A stretch of 64,000 nt of DNA, taken from Tubiluchus corallicola (taxonomy: Eukaryota; Animalia; Priapulida). Made by a program: the position numbers and the translations under genes. Under the pieces are notes generated by a model. That model was not told the origin of the DNA and made no database searches. It saw nothing but the letters and a program-made list of their open reading frames with translations. The stretch is taken from assembly GCA_030141605.1 (NCBI GenBank), contig JAQGDQ010000220.1, positions 305,840 through 369,839 on the forward strand, read 5' to 3'. Shown piece by piece: positions 61,740-64,000 of this stretch. Within the stretch, counting starts at the first letter, position 1. Each line of letters starts with the position of its first letter.

Positions 61740-63083
61740 TCAAAACTCGAGCATTTTCTTGCTTGTAAAGTGAGGGTTAAGATGAAAGAACTCTTCTAGC
61801 ATGACATTTCTCAAGTCTCGGATTGCGTATTCGATGTGCAGTAGGGTCTTCATAGATGAAGTTTCCATAGTGGGTTGTAAGGTTGGTAACCAAGTAACCT
61901 GTAGCTTGTAACCAAGCTTCTCAGGTTGTCTTGACCTGCGGGGGTAAGGTCGGGGAGGACTGGACGGCAACTGGACGTCAACGGCTGCATTGGCTTCCAA
62001 AAAGGTTAGTGGTGTGCTAGAATGGGTCTCGCTTGATACGAGAACACGATTAATAGAAGTTGGAGAGAGAACAGGATCCGGTAACGTAGGTTGTGAGGTT
62101 GCATTATGATTGGATTGAAACGATTTGGGTTGTCTATCAACAGTTTTTCTATTGTTTATCTCAAGATTACACTCAACATTGCTCCTAGAATGGTTCACCT
62201 GGGTAGACTGCTCGCCCGAAAGAGGCGTGCGTACACTATCGCCGGCCTTTTCAGAGGAGTCCTCAGCAATTGCTGAACTGGAGCTACCAGGAAGCCATTC
62301 GTTAATGAGTTGTCGAGTTGATTCGTCGGGAATAAATTCAGCAGAGTCGGCTGTGTCAAGTAAATTAAGAGTGGTTGAGCCGGGAAAATCAACTCTTTTG
62401 CCAGTGGATGTTCGTGGTTTTGGTATAGGCGGAGAGAAGGTGGGCAATGAAAGCCGTACATCACCGTTGGATGAATTGTCATGGGGAAGGGAAAGTGGAT
62501 CACGAATAGGAGTTAAGGCTGGCATGGAGGAATTAAGTAGTTCTGGAATTTGGGCTGGAAAACTCGATGCATTTTCATTGTGCTCATCATTATAATCAGC
62601 TATTCTGCATGGTGAATATGGAGGTGGCGGCAATCCGAAAGAATCGAGAGATACAGAACGATCAACTGCTGTCAGCTGTGGCTCGAGTTCAATGTTTTGT
62701 TCAGTTTTAGATTTATCGATACCCGATGGATCGGCATTGGATTTATCGGCACTAACTTCGGGATCAAGGCTATAAGTTACTGTAGCTTGGCTGTCAGATA
62801 ATTCATTGAGTGAAGGCGTTTCACCAGGTGTCCAGGAAAATCCAGTGGCTGGCGTATAACGCCACAGACGATCTGCGTGAACAATTTTGCATCTTTGTCT
62901 TGGTCCCGGCAAACGTATACGATAGACAACATCTGAGAGACGTGTTATGATTTCATAAGGTCCCTGCCAATCAGACTGAAGCTTTGGACTGCGACCGATT
63001 TTACGCTGAGGGTTAAAAAACCAAACTTTTTCCCCAACAGAAAATTGAACATAACGAGAACGGACATTATAGCGTCTACGCAT
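61740..63083 (-). CDS. Second copy of the integrase C-terminal ORF (5' part frameshifted)
   Basis: Near identical to 58159-59619; keeps the RPYPRRSRQPEKLGY segment that copy 1 has lost. Confidence 0.7.
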   Translation of the reverse strand: MRRRYNVRSRYVQFSVGEKVWFFNPQRKIGRSPKLQSDWQGPYEIITRLSDVVYRIRLPGPRQRCKIVHADRLWRYTPATGFSWTPGETPSLNELSDSQATVTYSLDPEVSADKSNADPSGIDKSKTEQNIELEPQLTAVDRSVSLDSFGLPPPPYSPCRIADYNDEHNENASSFPAQIPELLNSSMPALTPIRDPLSLPHDNSSNGDVRLSLPTFSPPIPKPRTSTGKRVDFPGSTTLNLLDTADSAEFIPDESTRQLINEWLPGSSSSAIAEDSSEKAGDSVRTPLSGEQSTQVNHSRSNVECNLEINNRKTVDRQPKSFQSNHNATSQPTLPDPVLSPTSINRVLVSSETHSSTPLTFLEANAAVDVQLPSSPPRPYPRRSRQPEKLGYKLQVTWLPTLQPTMETSSMKTLLHIEYAIRDLRNVMLEEFFHLNPHFTSKKMLEF

Positions 63084-63376
63084 TGTTTCATGAGAAATGC
63101 GGAGGTTTTCTCTGATGAAATGGTGAACGTCATGTAGACGATTCTCAAGATTTTTAACATACTGGACGACAGTACTTGAATCAATGTTTGAAGGTGGGCG
63201 TCCTGTTAATAGATCAAGAGGCAGCCTTAATTCTTGACCATTGAAGAATACACCTCTGTTCTAATAGAAAAATCGGCCAAGCTGACGGTGTTGTAACCGT
63301 TCTGAAGTCAACATCAACCGCAGTACAATAATTGGAATGCCCAGATGAGGGCAACATCCACTGGTGTCAGAACAAG

Positions 63377-63767
63377 TGGACTGCTCTCCGGTTTTAATGG
63401 AGGCAGGACGGATGGCACCGCGGCCTACACCGTGCGGCATGTCTCAACTAAGTCAATGCCAAACCAAAACCAAAATGAATAATAAAATCAAAATGACAAT
63501 TTATTACAAAAATATTACGAACAGCTTACCGAACAGAATGGAATAGAGCAAAGCCTGTGAAAAGTGAACAGAGCTGCGATGAGACGACCACTGACAAGGA
63601 TCTACCTTTTTATAAGCTCAGGTGTGCACGTTACTAGTGGCTCCTACTAAGACAAGGTCGGAATAAGAGTCTATGTGCTAGATAAAACCACGTTCACACG
63701 CACACCCGAGAAGTCTGCTGTATTCCCTTGCCAGTATTACACTATCTCATCACAGCCCTGCAGTACA
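63377..63767 (-). repeat. LTR 3 (391 bp, diverged)
   Basis: Same termini; several substitutions and indels versus LTR 1/2; followed on + by the PPT and a third internal region. Confidence 0.88.
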
Positions 63768-64000
63768 CTGTCCCCCTTCCTCCAGACAAAGAAGTCCCTT
63801 CTTTGAAGATCTAGTCTTCCATCGGGAGGGAGAAGAACAGCTACCCACACAGACCAGAAAGCAAGTTCGAGCACTGCTAATCGGCAATACAAAAAGTGTT
63901 TCCTTCCATTAATCAAATAGAATCACAGAAATATTTTACAAAGACTGGCAATTCTACAAAACAACATGAGCTAGTGCATAACGCCTACCGAATTACAAAT

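Larger units (their letters stand above)
55929..64000 (-). mobile_element. Tandem array of a non-autonomous Gypsy-type LTR retrotransposon (~3.7-kb period, shared LTRs), truncated by the window end
   Basis: LTRs at 55929-56326, 59640-60037, 63377-63767; internal regions 56327-59639, 60038-63376, 63768->64000; PPT before each LTR, tRNA-Leu-like PBS, integrase GPY/F remnant; (AT)n host flank. Confidence 0.92.

Noticed and set aside
63240-63310. Frameshifts at the 5' end of the ORF in unit 2 as evidence of inactivation
   Set aside because: Clustered single-base indels resemble long-read consensus errors; undecidable without reads.

Overview
AT-rich, intron-containing animal genomic DNA; a protostome invertebrate, possibly a non-insect arthropod, is only a guess from the protein sequences. 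Six host genes can be reconstructed from splice sites and reading phase: a 2-exon ~153-aa gene I do not recognise (+), HELQ (17 coding exons, -), a 4-coumarate-CoA-ligase/luciferase-like acyl-CoA synthetase (-), a FAM219-family gene (+), RSL24D1/RLP24 (-) and exon 1 of an SLC22 transporter (+). Introns and intergenic DNA are dense in small non-autonomous DNA transposons (TTAA/Kolobok-like, Harbinger-like, pogo-like, hAT-like, one Ginger-like, one Merlin-like), plus a tRNA-derived SINE and LINE fragments. The most unusual structure starts 22 nt into SLC22 intron 1 and runs off the window: a minus-strand tandem array LTR-internal-LTR-internal-LTR-internal of a non-autonomous Gypsy-type element with shared LTRs. 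Its only recognisable coding remnant is the integrase C-terminal GPY/F module, and its tRNA-Leu primer-binding site is micro-inverted at one junction. All assignments are by eye; no searches or alignments were run.
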